DNA from: Trichodesmium erythraeum IMS101
GTDB lineage: Bacteria; Cyanobacteriota; Cyanobacteriia; Cyanobacteriales; Microcoleaceae
Reading direction: 5' to 3'
Length of the DNA stretch: 32,000 nt
NCBI RefSeq assembly: GCF_000014265.1
Contig: NC_008312.1
Span: forward strand, 5,520,001 to 5,552,000
The notes below the pieces were generated by a model. The model searched no databases. It worked only from the letters and a program-made list of their open reading frames with translations, and was not told the origin of the DNA. Position 1 is the stretch's first letter, and every line of letters begins with the position of its first letter. The position numbers and the translations under genes were made by a program. This document shows, one piece after another, positions 1-9,382 of the stretch.

Positions 1-264
1 CAAGGGGATAAGGCAGATCAAGGAGCAGAAAGAACAAGTACACCAAAAAAGAAACCAAGAAAAAAAGAAATGCCAGAAGAAATAAAAGAAAAAAATCAAC
101 AAAAAGCCCAAAAAAGAATATTCGTAGAACATGTAATTAGATTACTAAAAATATTTGGAATTGCGAGAGAAAGATTTAGATTAAAAGAGAAAAGTTATGA
201 GAAAGTAATAATGGTAGTATGTGGATTAGTGAAATTAAGAATAGGAGCATTAATATTAGTATAA
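1..264 (+). CDS. Transposase C-terminal fragment of copy A (partial at window edge)
   Basis: Open from base 1 (QGDKADQGAERTSTPKKKPRKKEMPEE...RIFVEHVIRLLKIFGIARERFRLK). Near-identical to the C-terminus of ORF 12885-13385. Confidence 0.7.
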   Translation, partial: QGDKADQGAERTSTPKKKPRKKEMPEEIKEKNQQKAQKRIFVEHVIRLLKIFGIARERFRLKEKSYEKVIMVVCGLVKLRIGALILV

Positions 265-440
265 AAAGAAGATAATCAATTAAGAGAATAAAGTGAAAAT
301 GGGGGGAAATAAATGTTGAATTAGTAAGAGAAAATATCTCAAAGATTTATGATTGCGTATTTTAGGACCAAAGATGCTTGATATGGCAACTAGGCTAAGA
401 TCAAGTCAAGGAAAGGCTTTGTTAATTTTTGGAGATGTCT
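1..440 (+). mobile_element. IS5-superfamily (PIF/Harbinger-like, HTH_Tnp_4 + DDE_Tnp_4 type) element, copy A; 3' portion only, left end outside window
   Basis: Reverse complement of the inner part of copy B (12709-13150). Right terminal repeat GGAGATGTCT at 431-440, followed by ATT. Confidence 0.8.
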
Positions 441-487
441 ATTTTATAACGCTCAAAAAAATATCATGGTTTTTTTGTTGGAGGGAG

Positions 488-659
488 AGCGATGGCCTAT
501 TTCATATTTCTGTGGTATAATTGTTATATGTAGGGGGTTTATGGCATTCGCCCGGAGAATGTATTGAGTCAGCAATGGTTGTTGTGTTGGTCCTAGTTTT
601 TGACTATTTTTTTTTCATCTCAGAAGCGATGGCCTATTCCATATTTCTGTGGCATAATT
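488..659 (+). repeat. Pair of 35-bp direct repeats (488-522 and 625-659, 33/35 identical), each ending in a -10-like TATAAT/CATAAT
   Basis: AGCGATGGCCTATTTCATATTTCTGTGGTATAATT versus AGCGATGGCCTATTCCATATTTCTGTGGCATAATT. The second copy abuts the left end of IS5-like copy D. Confidence 0.8.
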
Positions 660-724
660 AGACCTCTCCAAAATAAAAATTAAGGTAAAATTGTAGTAGC
701 CAATTATATATACTCTGTTTCCAA

Positions 725-1060
725 ATGAATAATGTATTAGAATATATTTATAACCATCCAAAAGAAATAAAAAGAATTATTGGTACTACATATGAACAGC
801 TAATAAAATTAATAGAAAACCCTCAAAAAGTTGAAAAAAAAAGACTGGGGAGCGCCAGCCAAGAAAAAAGGTTAATCAAGGCAGGAGGAGGAAGAAAAAA
901 GTCTTTAAGCAAGACAGAAGAGATAATGTTGACCTTATATTATTTGTATCATGTACCAACATTTCAGGGACTAGGAGCAATATTTGGAGTTAGCTCATCA
1001 ACAGCAAATAATATTTTTCAGGCTTTGGATAGATATTTTGAGGGAATTATTACCATCTAG
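725..1060 (+). pseudogene. N-terminal (HTH_Tnp_4-like) piece of the copy D transposase; downstream DDE part is shattered by stops and frameshifts
   Basis: LSKTEEIMLTLYYLYHVPTFQGLGAIFGVSSSTANNIFQ motif. Downstream frames show YYSGK.. and IFVEH.. remnants with many stops. Confidence 0.75.
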
Positions 1061-1549
1061 TTTACTAGAGGAATTCTCGGGAAAAGAAAACGAATATTTA
1101 TGGATAAAAGAGGCTTTGACATAAAGAGAATTGATAGTTGATAGTACAGAGCAGGATAGGGAAAAGCAAAAAAAATGATGATAAACAGAAAAAGTATTAT
1201 TCAGGAAAGCCAAAAAGTAATAAGTTTAAAAATCAGATAGTAATCACAGAAAAGGCAGAAAAAATTGTAGATATAATAGGAGGATAAAGAAGTCCAGAAA
1301 GTGATATAAAGTTATTCAAAAAAACCACAAAAAATTTGGGTAGAGAACCAAAATTTCAAAGAGATAAAGGATATCAAGATGGTCAAAAATTAACACGCTA
1401 AACAAAAAAAAGAATCCATAAAATGTCAGAAGAAGTAAAAAAATAGAATCAAAAAAAAAAGCTCAAAAAATAATATTTGTAGAACATATAATAAGACTGA
1501 TAAAGATATTTAGAGTGGCACGAAAAAGATTGAGATTGAAAGAGAGTAA

Positions 1550-2925
1550 CGGGACTTTAGCAAATTTCAAGCCCAAACAAACCCTAAACTCTCTTTATGA
1601 GCGGTAAATACGTCGATGTTTTCATCTAACCACTCAACAAAACGATAAGATATTGCGGTACGAAATGCTTCTAAAGTATCAGTAAACGTATTTAATGGTT
1701 TGTTAGCCCAACGCCTTCTTATACCTCCTGTTAACTGATGCCAGATAATAAATGTATAAGCACAAAATACTAAAATAAAATGCCTTTTAAGGCTGATTTT
1801 ATCTCTGACTTGATATTCTCTTAATCCTAACCATCCTTTGGCTTCCCTGTAGAAAACTTCCACCCAATTTCTTTGAGAATAAGTAGAATATATCCACTCA
1901 GGAGTTACATATTTGTCTTCTCTATTAGTGATATAATAGTTAATATCAGTGGCCTCAGAAAAACTTTTAGCATTCATAACGATAGCTATAGTTTTTTGAC
2001 CTGACATCCTAGATATTTCTACTTCTAATGTAGCTACCCAAACTTCTCTAGCATTTTTTGTACTTAGTTGAACTAAGTTGAAAGCTTTCTGAGGTATACT
2101 TTCTGCCAGCTTGTCTAATCTAATTTCCTCTTTAATGTCATCTTGTTTTTTAATGATGACTTTTCGATTTTTAGCTAATCCTCCTATATAAGTTAAACTT
2201 CTTTTCTCTAGTTGATTTAAGAATGATGTATTGTTACCATAGCCAAATTTCAATTAACACAATTTCTGGTTGGTGTCCTCTGGACAAACATTGATCTACT
2301 AGAGACATTGCACTCGTCTGGTTTCTTGACAAATTCTGGGTCTTTTTTTCCTTTTGGAAAAGAATCAGCTTTCTGATACAAAGCTATGTCTAAAGGTAGA
2401 CTTTTAACTCCATCATAAAGATGAGTTGTCACCACGACTACACCATTATCTGTTTTTCCTATTTCTCCTATATATTGCCGCCCTACTCCTGCAGTAAAAT
2501 TACCACTTTTTCTGTGGCCTGAATCGTCTATAATTAAAGCAATAGGATCGAGAAGGTTTTGTTTGGCGACGTTCCCACATTACTTGAAGACGACGCTCAT
2601 TCACAGCATCTACAGACCAATTTGCTCGAACTAGAAAATGCCGTAATTTGTGGTACGTGTGACCTACAGTGTTGTTGGCAATTTGAGACAAGTTTTTTCG
2701 ATCGCTTTCTCAAGAGTAATCCTCCTATATATTCCCTAAACCCTGTTTTTTGGGCTTTTGTTTTAAAGACATTGTTAAAGCGATCGCACCATCGATGGAA
2801 ACAAGAGGGCATGGCCACTGAAGTTGTTTCTTTCATCAAACTTTTCCCAGGCCAGTAATTAACGTAAAATACATATCAGGTATACATTATACCCTTTTTT
2901 TTACTATTTTTTCACTAAAGTCCCG
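1550..2925 (-). mobile_element. IS701-like element, copy 1 (1376 bp)
   Basis: Termini CGGGACTTTAG / CTAAAGTCCCG. 4-bp duplication GTAA at 1546-1549 and 2926-2929. The uninterrupted target sequence is visible in copy E. No differences from copy 2 found by eye. Confidence 0.85.
1567..2839 (-). pseudogene. IS701-family DDE transposase broken into at least four frames
   Basis: Pieces in ORFs 2597-2839, 2500-2691, 2250-2435 and 1567-2253. Motifs include GFREYIGGLL, LRHFL..ANW, QY.GEIGKTDNGVVVV (in a shifted frame) and YREAKGWLGLREYQVR. Confidence 0.8.
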
Positions 2926-3542
2926 GTAATTATGAGAAAGTAATTTTAAAAATATGTGGTTTAGTAAGATTAAGAAGAGGAGAATTAATATTATTATAAA
3001 TCATACATTTTGCTTTTTCTGAAAAAATCAATAAAAAACTAGATAAAAATGGTAAATAACTAACAGTAACTATCTGTAATACTATAAAGCCCGTAAAAAA
3101 TGACTATCTGGTGGAGCTGGCGATCGCTCCCCAAAAGATAGTTACAGTAAATGCTTGATAATTTTTGGAGATGTCTAATTAAACCCCAACTGACTGTCAG
3201 CTATTCAAATACTTATACTCTTACCTTGATTTCTAGGGATATTGCTAACTACTCTCTCTCCTATTTTCCATCGACCATAAAGAAGTTCAAATTGGTATTG
3301 ATGGGGTTACTCCCATAGCTAACTTCACATATAAAGGCACATTTTTAATTACCATGAAAATCGTCTAAAAGAAATTTACGATCAAAAACATCCAAACTAA
3401 GGAATTTGAATAGGAGATGGTTGTTATTCTTGCTACAATAAGTATCTCCATAAAAGGTTCTCAAAGCCTTAAACTGCCGTTCCAAAATCGGTATTTTTTG
3501 AGAGGTCTAATAGCTATCATGAGTTTTAGTAATATTAATATA

Positions 3543-4661
3543 TAGCAATCCTAAATAGATTGTGGCAAAATTACATACTGAAAAAGCTTTGAGAAATCAA
3601 ATATTTGACCATCTGCAAAAAACTTAAATAGCCACTTAACTACTTTAAAAGAACTGCAAAGATGATAAAATTGTCTGATGAAACTTTTAGTTTGCAACCA
3701 AATATCTTCAACAGGGTTTTGTTCAGGAGCATTTGGGGCAAATGAGCGTACAATTTATCAACCATTCTTCTTCAGGTAAATCTTGATTAATTAACATCAG
3801 ATATTCTCGAAATTCTTGAGAGTTATGATAAGTTGCACCGTCCCCAAATATTGCCAATCTTTTTCCTGGTCTTTGCTCTTGTAAATATTTAACAAATTCA
3901 TTCTTTTTTTCAGTATTTCCATTCTTATATTCTTGCACAATGAATTCCTTAGTTTGATAATAATTGGCTCCATAATAAGTTTGTCTTTCTTTTTCATTTT
4001 TTTATCGGAATTTCTATTCTTTTATCTGTTCTTCCCCAAGTATAGCTATATAGATCACCCCATAATAGATGACATTCATCAATCATAAACACTGTAAGAT
4101 TTTCAGATTCTATTTCTGGTTGCCATTTAGTCAATAATTCCTCTATTTCTTTTTTTTTTGCTTTCACTAATTCATCATTTTTAGCGGGATTTTTTTTTGA
4201 GTTTTTTTCCAAGTTATTCCTGCTTCTTTGAGTAAGTTATAATAACTTTGATTAGACTCAAAAACCACATCATATTGCTTCTTTAAATATTTTTGTAAAT
4301 CTGACAATCTTAGGTAATTTTGTGCCCTCAACCACTCAATTATTTGCTCTTTTTCTTCGGCCTTTAAGTAACCTTGTGTTCCAATATAATTGAAGCTTTA
4401 AACTTTCACTTGCCATGAAACAGTGCTTGGTTTTTCCATTCGCTTTCTAAACTGCTGAGTTACATTTAATAATTCTTTGACTTCATGATAGGATTTTCCC
4501 GACAAAATCATTTTTACAGCTAAGGCTCTTTTTATTTCTTTTGACTATGCATGTGTGATTGATAAAATCGTCTAGTTCATCTATAATATTCATTACTTTG
4601 TATTTTGACTGGAGATGTTATTCTTACTATTATATCTGTTGCGACCTATTTAGGATTGCTA
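3543..4661 (-). mobile_element. IS630/Tc1-like element type 2, degenerate copy (same family as the intact copy at 25950-27062)
   Basis: Ends TAGCAATCCTAAATAG... / ...CTATTTAGGATTGCTA with TA on both sides (3541-3542, 4662-4663). Transposase pieces lie in ORFs 3723-3938, 3797-3997 and 3994-4212 in different frames. Confidence 0.85.
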
Positions 4662-4735
4662 TAGTAGTCTAAGTATACCACTACGGATAATTAAGAAGTT
4701 ATAAGTATTCTCTGACTTAATTTCAGCATTTAGCA

Positions 4736-4934
4736 ATGTCAAACACCTTTGTTTCGACTGTTATACCAATAAGTCCTAGTACTAGTCGTCGGTTAACTAA
4801 ATCTATTGTAGTTGATAATATCCTCTATAAAAAAGCCTGGACTTTAATTACAGAACCTAAAATAACTTACACTATGCCGGAACACTTTGAGCGACCAGAG
4901 ACATTTGAGCTAGAGCGTTTTTTCCCAGAACATA
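4736..4934 (+). pseudogene. Cytochrome P450 relic, part 1 (region up to the PERF-type motif)
   Basis: ...YKKAWTLITEPKITYTMPEHFERPETFELERFFPEH. It stops being P450-like exactly at the IS630 type 3 insertion point. Confidence 0.65.
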
Positions 4935-5954
4935 TAGTTATTTTAAATAAGAATGAGACACTATCTGGCACAATAATTACGAATAATTTTATCAAGAGAT
5001 GTATTGATAGGTAAATACATTCTAGCTCTTTTTAATGCACTAAAATCATGTTCTTAGTCATTTAAATCAGCAGAGTATTTTGGCAAAAATAGTAATTAGT
5101 GACTCCCTACTTCTACTAATTCTCTAATAACGTTTTTTCGTAATTAATGGTGAATTATCCATGCAGCAGTACACTGGGCATTTTTAATGATGGTAATAAA
5201 TGTTTATCTAACCATTGTTCAAATCCCACGGTATTTAGGGTTCCTTTAAATATAATTGGTGGTATTAAATATTTTTCCTTTTTTCTTCTCCCGGCTACTA
5301 AATTTTCTCTTTTACCTCGTTTTACCTCTTGCTCACCATAAATTTTTTCCCTTTTTTTGACCAGGTATAAATACCGTCTTGATTATCTTAAAATCCTGAT
5401 TCATAAATAAATACAAGGCTTTTAATTCCAAATATTTTGATAAAATTTCGAGGGAAAGCTGATAATATTTTATCCTTTATTCTCTATTTCTTTCTCTATA
5501 ACGAAGTTTTTTTTCAAGGAAAATTCATTATTTTTAAGGCATAAAATATAGCTGGTTGATTAACTCCAAATTTTTTAGCTCTGTCTGACAAAGAAAATTC
5601 ATTATTTTTAAGGCATAAAATATAGCTGGTTGATTAACTCAAATTTTTTAGCTCTGTCTGACAATGAGCGACTCTGGATTTGGTTTTACATCTTTTTCTA
5701 ATTCTTTCCAATCTAATTTTATTTGACTACTTTTTACCTTAGTTGCTGAAACTTTTGGGCGAGATAACTATCTATATATCGAAGCTCTTTCTATCCCAAA
5801 TGTATGAGCTGCTTTGGTAATCGTACCGCCATTTTCTACAAAATTTATGACTTTTTGCCTGAAGTCTAAACTGTAAGGCATAGTTCAAAATAGTTTCTAG
5901 TTGACTTGATTTTATTATATTCAATTTTTGTTTCAATCTTAATTAAAACGACTA
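4935..5954 (-). mobile_element. IS630/Tc1-like element type 3, copy 1, degenerate
   Basis: Collinear with the reverse complement of 29023-29973. TA at 4933-4934 and 5955-5956. N-terminal MPYSLDFRQKVINFVENGGTITKAAHTFGI readable on the minus strand near 5880. Confidence 0.8.
5519..5665. repeat. Tandem duplication (74 + 73 bp) inside IS630 type 3 copy 1
   Basis: GAAAATTCATTATTTTTAAGGCATAAAATATAGCTGGTTGATTAACTCC... occurs twice head to tail. It is single-copy in the sister element at 29023-29973. Confidence 0.85.
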
Positions 5955-5956
5955 TA

Positions 5957-6198
5957 ATTAAGGTTAGATATACAAATTTATCACTTTTGGGGGTGGAGTA
6001 CACCCTTGTTTGGGAGCGCAAATGGCAATGGTGATTAGTAAAGTTTTTGCATCTCATCTGCTAAGAATATTTAAGTGGAAAATCACTCTTTCTATCCAAA
6101 GTTTGTTCGTTGTCCCATTAAGAAAATTAGAGATGATTATCAAATTCAAATTCAAACTAAAACTAAGAATTAAATATGCCATTCTAGTGCTGCCGTAA
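5957..6198 (+). pseudogene. Cytochrome P450 relic, part 2 (heme-binding loop to C-terminus)
   Basis: FGGGVHPCLG (codons from 5986) matches the FxxGxxxCxG signature. It is in frame with part 1 once the IS and one TA are removed. In-frame TAA (5959-5961) and TAG (5965-5967). Confidence 0.7.
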
Positions 6199-6299
6199 GT
6201 ATGAATATATTTATGAACTATACACAAATGCTAATAATTTACTATTTGACGATAATGTAGTAAATATTACAGAAAATATTTACCTGATAAGTAACATAG

Positions 6300-7400
6300 A
6301 GTTTGATATTACTGTTAATTTTAATGGGATAAAGTAATAATAATAAGAGAACTAATTTATAATATTCAGTTAGAGTTAGTTGATCAATTCCCGACCTTAA
6401 TGCTATTTCTAAATAGTCGTGCTTTGCTAGCCGAAGCCTCGAACACAAGTATTCTTTAATTTTGACCAAAAATTTTCGCGGTTGGTTAAATTCAGGAGAA
6501 TAGGTCAGATATATTAACCATCTTTATTTAGTGCTTCTTCGAGCATAGTTCTTCTAGACGGGAACTTGATAATCTGGTAAGTTTTCCATTACTGAATACG
6601 CACCAAGCCATAAGCTAGGTAATAAAACTTGTTCAATAAAAACTTGGAAAACATTTTTACTCCTACCACCATTAATGGTCATAATTCCAGCAAAACCAGA
6701 CAAAAAAATTGTACTAATTAATGTTAAGTTTGTTCCCCTTTTAGAGACGAGTATCATAAAACCTATCTCCTTTGAGAGAAAAACATAGATTTTTTCATGG
6801 CTAAATTTATGATAGTTTCATCTCTCAAAGACTAGGTTGTCCGGCTATCAATATTTAATGTTTTCCCCATAATCAAGTCTTTTTTTCTAGATTTTTTTTT
6901 AGTTATAGCTTGATATGTACAAAAAGTTTTTTTCTGTCAAGTTAAATTTTTGAATATCAACACACAGAATAGAATGACTTACAGTTATTCCTGTTTCGCT
7001 TTCTATTTAAAAATATAAGTCTTTGAAAGTAGCATCTGGTTTTTCCTGAACTAACTTTTCTAAATTTTTTATTCAAAACCTTTTAAGTTAATTTATGAGC
7101 CTAACTAGGAGGATAAGATTTTGCTTGTATATGACCATTATCAATATATCTCTTGATTGATGAGTTTTTGTACAAAACTCTTCGCCACTTAAAGACCAAT
7201 AGCTAGTTGAAAAATTGAACTTATTTGAACAAAAAAAGTTTCAATAATTTTTTCTCAGGTCATGATAATAAGTCTTCATAGTAGTGGATAAATTAGATGT
7301 TTAATAATCAATGTGAAGTGATGCTATGAACTTTAGTGATCGTCTATAATAAATTATTTTATTGATTCACTCATTACTATTATTGTACCTCAGTATCCTC
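6300..7400 (-). mobile_element. IS630/Tc1-like relic type 4 (boundaries approximate)
   Basis: Minus-strand reading gives MKTYYHDLRKKII (ATG at 7279-7277), GTNLTLISTIFLSGFAGIMTINGGRSKNVFQVFIEQVLLPSLW...VMENLP (ORF 6554-6757), and a frameshifted NRENFWSKLK tail. Confidence 0.55.
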
Positions 7401-7424
7401 AAAAGTACTGTAATTCTCACTCTT

Positions 7425-8556
7425 ACATCTCCAAAAATTATCAAGCATTTACTGTAACTATCTTTTGGGGAGCGATCGCCAGCTCCACCAGATAGTCATT
7501 TTTTACGGGCTTTATAGTATTACAGATAGTTACTGTTAGTTATTTACCATTTTTATCTAGTTTTTTATTGATTTTTTCAGAGAAAGCAAAATGTATGATT
7601 TATAATAATATTAATTCTCCTCTTCTTAATATTACTAAACCACATATTTTTAAAATTACTTTCTCATAATTACTCTCTTTCAATCTCAATCTTTTTCGTG
7701 CCACTCTAAATATCTTTATCAGTCTTATTATATGTTCTACAAATATTATTTTTGAGCTTTTTTTTGATTGTCTTTCTTTACTTCTTCTGACATTTTATGG
7801 CTTCTTTTTTTTGTTTAGCGTGTTAATTTTTGACCATCTTGATATCCTTTATCTCTTTGAAATCTTGGTTCTCTACCCAAATTTTTTGTGGTTTTTTTGA
7901 ATAACTTTATATCACTTTTTGGACTTCTTTATCCTCCTATTATATCTACAATTTTTTCTGCCTTTTCTGTGATTACTATCTGATTTTTAAACTTATTACT
8001 TTTTGGCTTTCCTGAATAATACTTTTTCTGTTTATCATCATTTTTTTTGCTTTTCCCTATCCTGCTCTGTACTATCAACTATCAATTCTCTTTATGTCAA
8101 AGCCTCTTTTATCCATAAATATTCGTTTTCTTTTCCCGAGAATTCCTCTAGTAAACTAGATGGTAATAATTCCCTCAAAATATCTATCCAAAGCCTGAAA
8201 AATATTATTTGCTGTTGATGAGCTAACTCCAAATATTGCTCCTAGTCCCTGAAATGTTGGTACATGATACAAATAATATAAGGTCAACATTATCTCTTCT
8301 GTCTTGCTTAAAGACTTTTTTCTTCCTCCTCCTGCCTTGATTAACCTTTTTTCTTGGCTGGCGCTCCCCTATCTTTTTTTTTCAACTTTTTGAGGGTTTT
8401 CTATTAATTTTATTAGCTGTTCATCTGTAATACCAATAATTCTTTTTGTTTCTTTTGGGTGGTTATAAATATATTCTAATACATTATTCATTTGGAAACA
8501 GGGTATATATAATTGGCCACTACAATTTTACCTTAATTTTTATTTTGGAGAGGTCT
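7425..8556 (-). mobile_element. IS5-superfamily/Harbinger-like element, copy E; inverted twin of copy D, degenerate
   Basis: Right-hand end GGAGAGGTCT at 8547-8556. The left-hand end reads ACATCTCC (the terminal AG is missing). The antisense 71-aa ORF is identical to the one in copy D. Confidence 0.85.
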
Positions 8557-8883
8557 AAAGCACTCACAAATAAAGACATTAGCCTTTCGGGGTTTAAAAA
8601 CTTGTCTTTTTTTCGAGCTATCAAGCTCACATATACTAAAACTCTGGGAAAACTTAAGTAGAAAAATCAACAGTTAATTGTTACTTCTACTTTCTCTGAA
8701 CAACCCCTTACTGAAAAAAAACTTAGATAGCAAGTCTTAAACAACAAATACATGCTAAAGTTAACCTGCAACCACAAAAGGTTGTTAAATATTAATGTCT
8801 AGACAAGTCTTATAAAAAAATAAAATTTATTGCCTATAACTATAGTGCTATAGTAAAAGTAAATATTACTAATTATAATTATT

Positions 8884-9381
8884 ATGACTTATATTGGAAC
8901 TAGAGAAGCTGCTTTTTTATTAGGTATCTGTTGTCAACGAGTCAGAGCTCTACTTTCTCAAGGTAGAATAAAAGATGCTTATAAAGATAACGGACTTTGG
9001 CAAATTCCTCTATACGGAAAAATGCCTATTGTCATACCAGGTAAGAGAGGTCCTAAAGGTGTTTGGTGTCATCACAAACGGAAGCATCCAACTAAAATTC
9101 ATGTCAATCAACATTTTATTAAAGTGAATGCTAAAAGAATTAATGAAGATCCTCTAATGACTCCTGACCAATTAATACCAGTAATTACCTTGAAGCAGAC
9201 AAATCGTAACGATATGGGTTATCAGATGGTTCTTGATGGTCAGTGTCGTATAGTTTATAAACCCTATGAACCCTTACCTTGTGGCGCACATTTGTGGATT
9301 GAAACTTACAAGCCAGTGCAGTTTGTGGATACTCGTTTTAAACCTAGGAGTGCTAGGCGACCGTACAAAGATATCTGTTGA
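8884..9381 (+). CDS. HTH DNA-binding protein (MerR/excisionase-type N-terminal helix-turn-helix) with an uncharacterised Cys-containing C-terminal half
   Basis: TREAAFLLGICCQRVRALLSQGRI is HTH-like. The 165-aa ORF is intact. Its stop TGA at 9379-9381 lies one nt before the ATG of the next gene. Confidence 0.6.
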   Translation: MTYIGTREAAFLLGICCQRVRALLSQGRIKDAYKDNGLWQIPLYGKMPIVIPGKRGPKGVWCHHKRKHPTKIHVNQHFIKVNAKRINEDPLMTPDQLIPVITLKQTNRNDMGYQMVLDGQCRIVYKPYEPLPCGAHLWIETYKPVQFVDTRFKPRSARRPYKDIC

Positions 9382-9382
9382 T

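Larger units (their letters stand above)
660..3176 (+). mobile_element. IS5-superfamily/Harbinger-like element, copy D; degenerate and interrupted by an IS701-like insertion
   Basis: Left end AGACCTCTCC at 660, right end GGAGATGTCT at 3167-3176. About 1.14 kb once 1550-2929 is removed. Highly similar to inverted copy E (7425-8556). Confidence 0.85.

Noticed and set aside
998-1213. 71-aa ORF, identical to ORF 8003-8218
   Set aside because: Both lie antisense to the degenerate transposase of IS5-like copies D and E. They are low-complexity, and their identity only reflects the identity of the two IS copies.
2559-2858. 99-aa ORF, identical to ORF 15729-16028
   Set aside because: It is antisense to the N-terminal part of the IS701-like transposase. 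The duplication follows from the identical IS copies, and it has no recognisable motifs.
3178-3508. Possible MITE or solo end: TTTTTTGAGAGGTCT-AAT at about 3494-3511 resembles an IS5-like right terminus
   Set aside because: There is no matching left terminus at 3178. The internal sequence matches no other element in the window, and the minus-strand ILERQFKALRTFYGD reading is too weak to assign.
4736-5014. 92-aa ORF as an intact small gene
   Set aside because: Its first 66 codons are the P450 relic. The remainder is read-through into the terminus of IS630 type 3 copy 1.
3177-7424. Invertible or composite segment between inverted twin copies D and E
   Set aside because: The flanking trinucleotides do not form reciprocal pairs as a simple D/E inversion would predict. 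The segment contains only IS relics and a P450 fragment.
8827-8854. Possible promoter for the HTH gene (TTATTG-N16-TATAGT)
   Set aside because: Such matches are expected by chance in sequence this AT-rich. There is no supporting feature, so I did not list it.
9266-9382. Upstream extension of the large ORF (track start at 9266)
   Set aside because: The extension overlaps the 3' end of the HTH gene in another frame and encodes no recognisable sequence. The ATG at 9383, one nt after the HTH stop, begins the hydrophobic PlsY-like domain.
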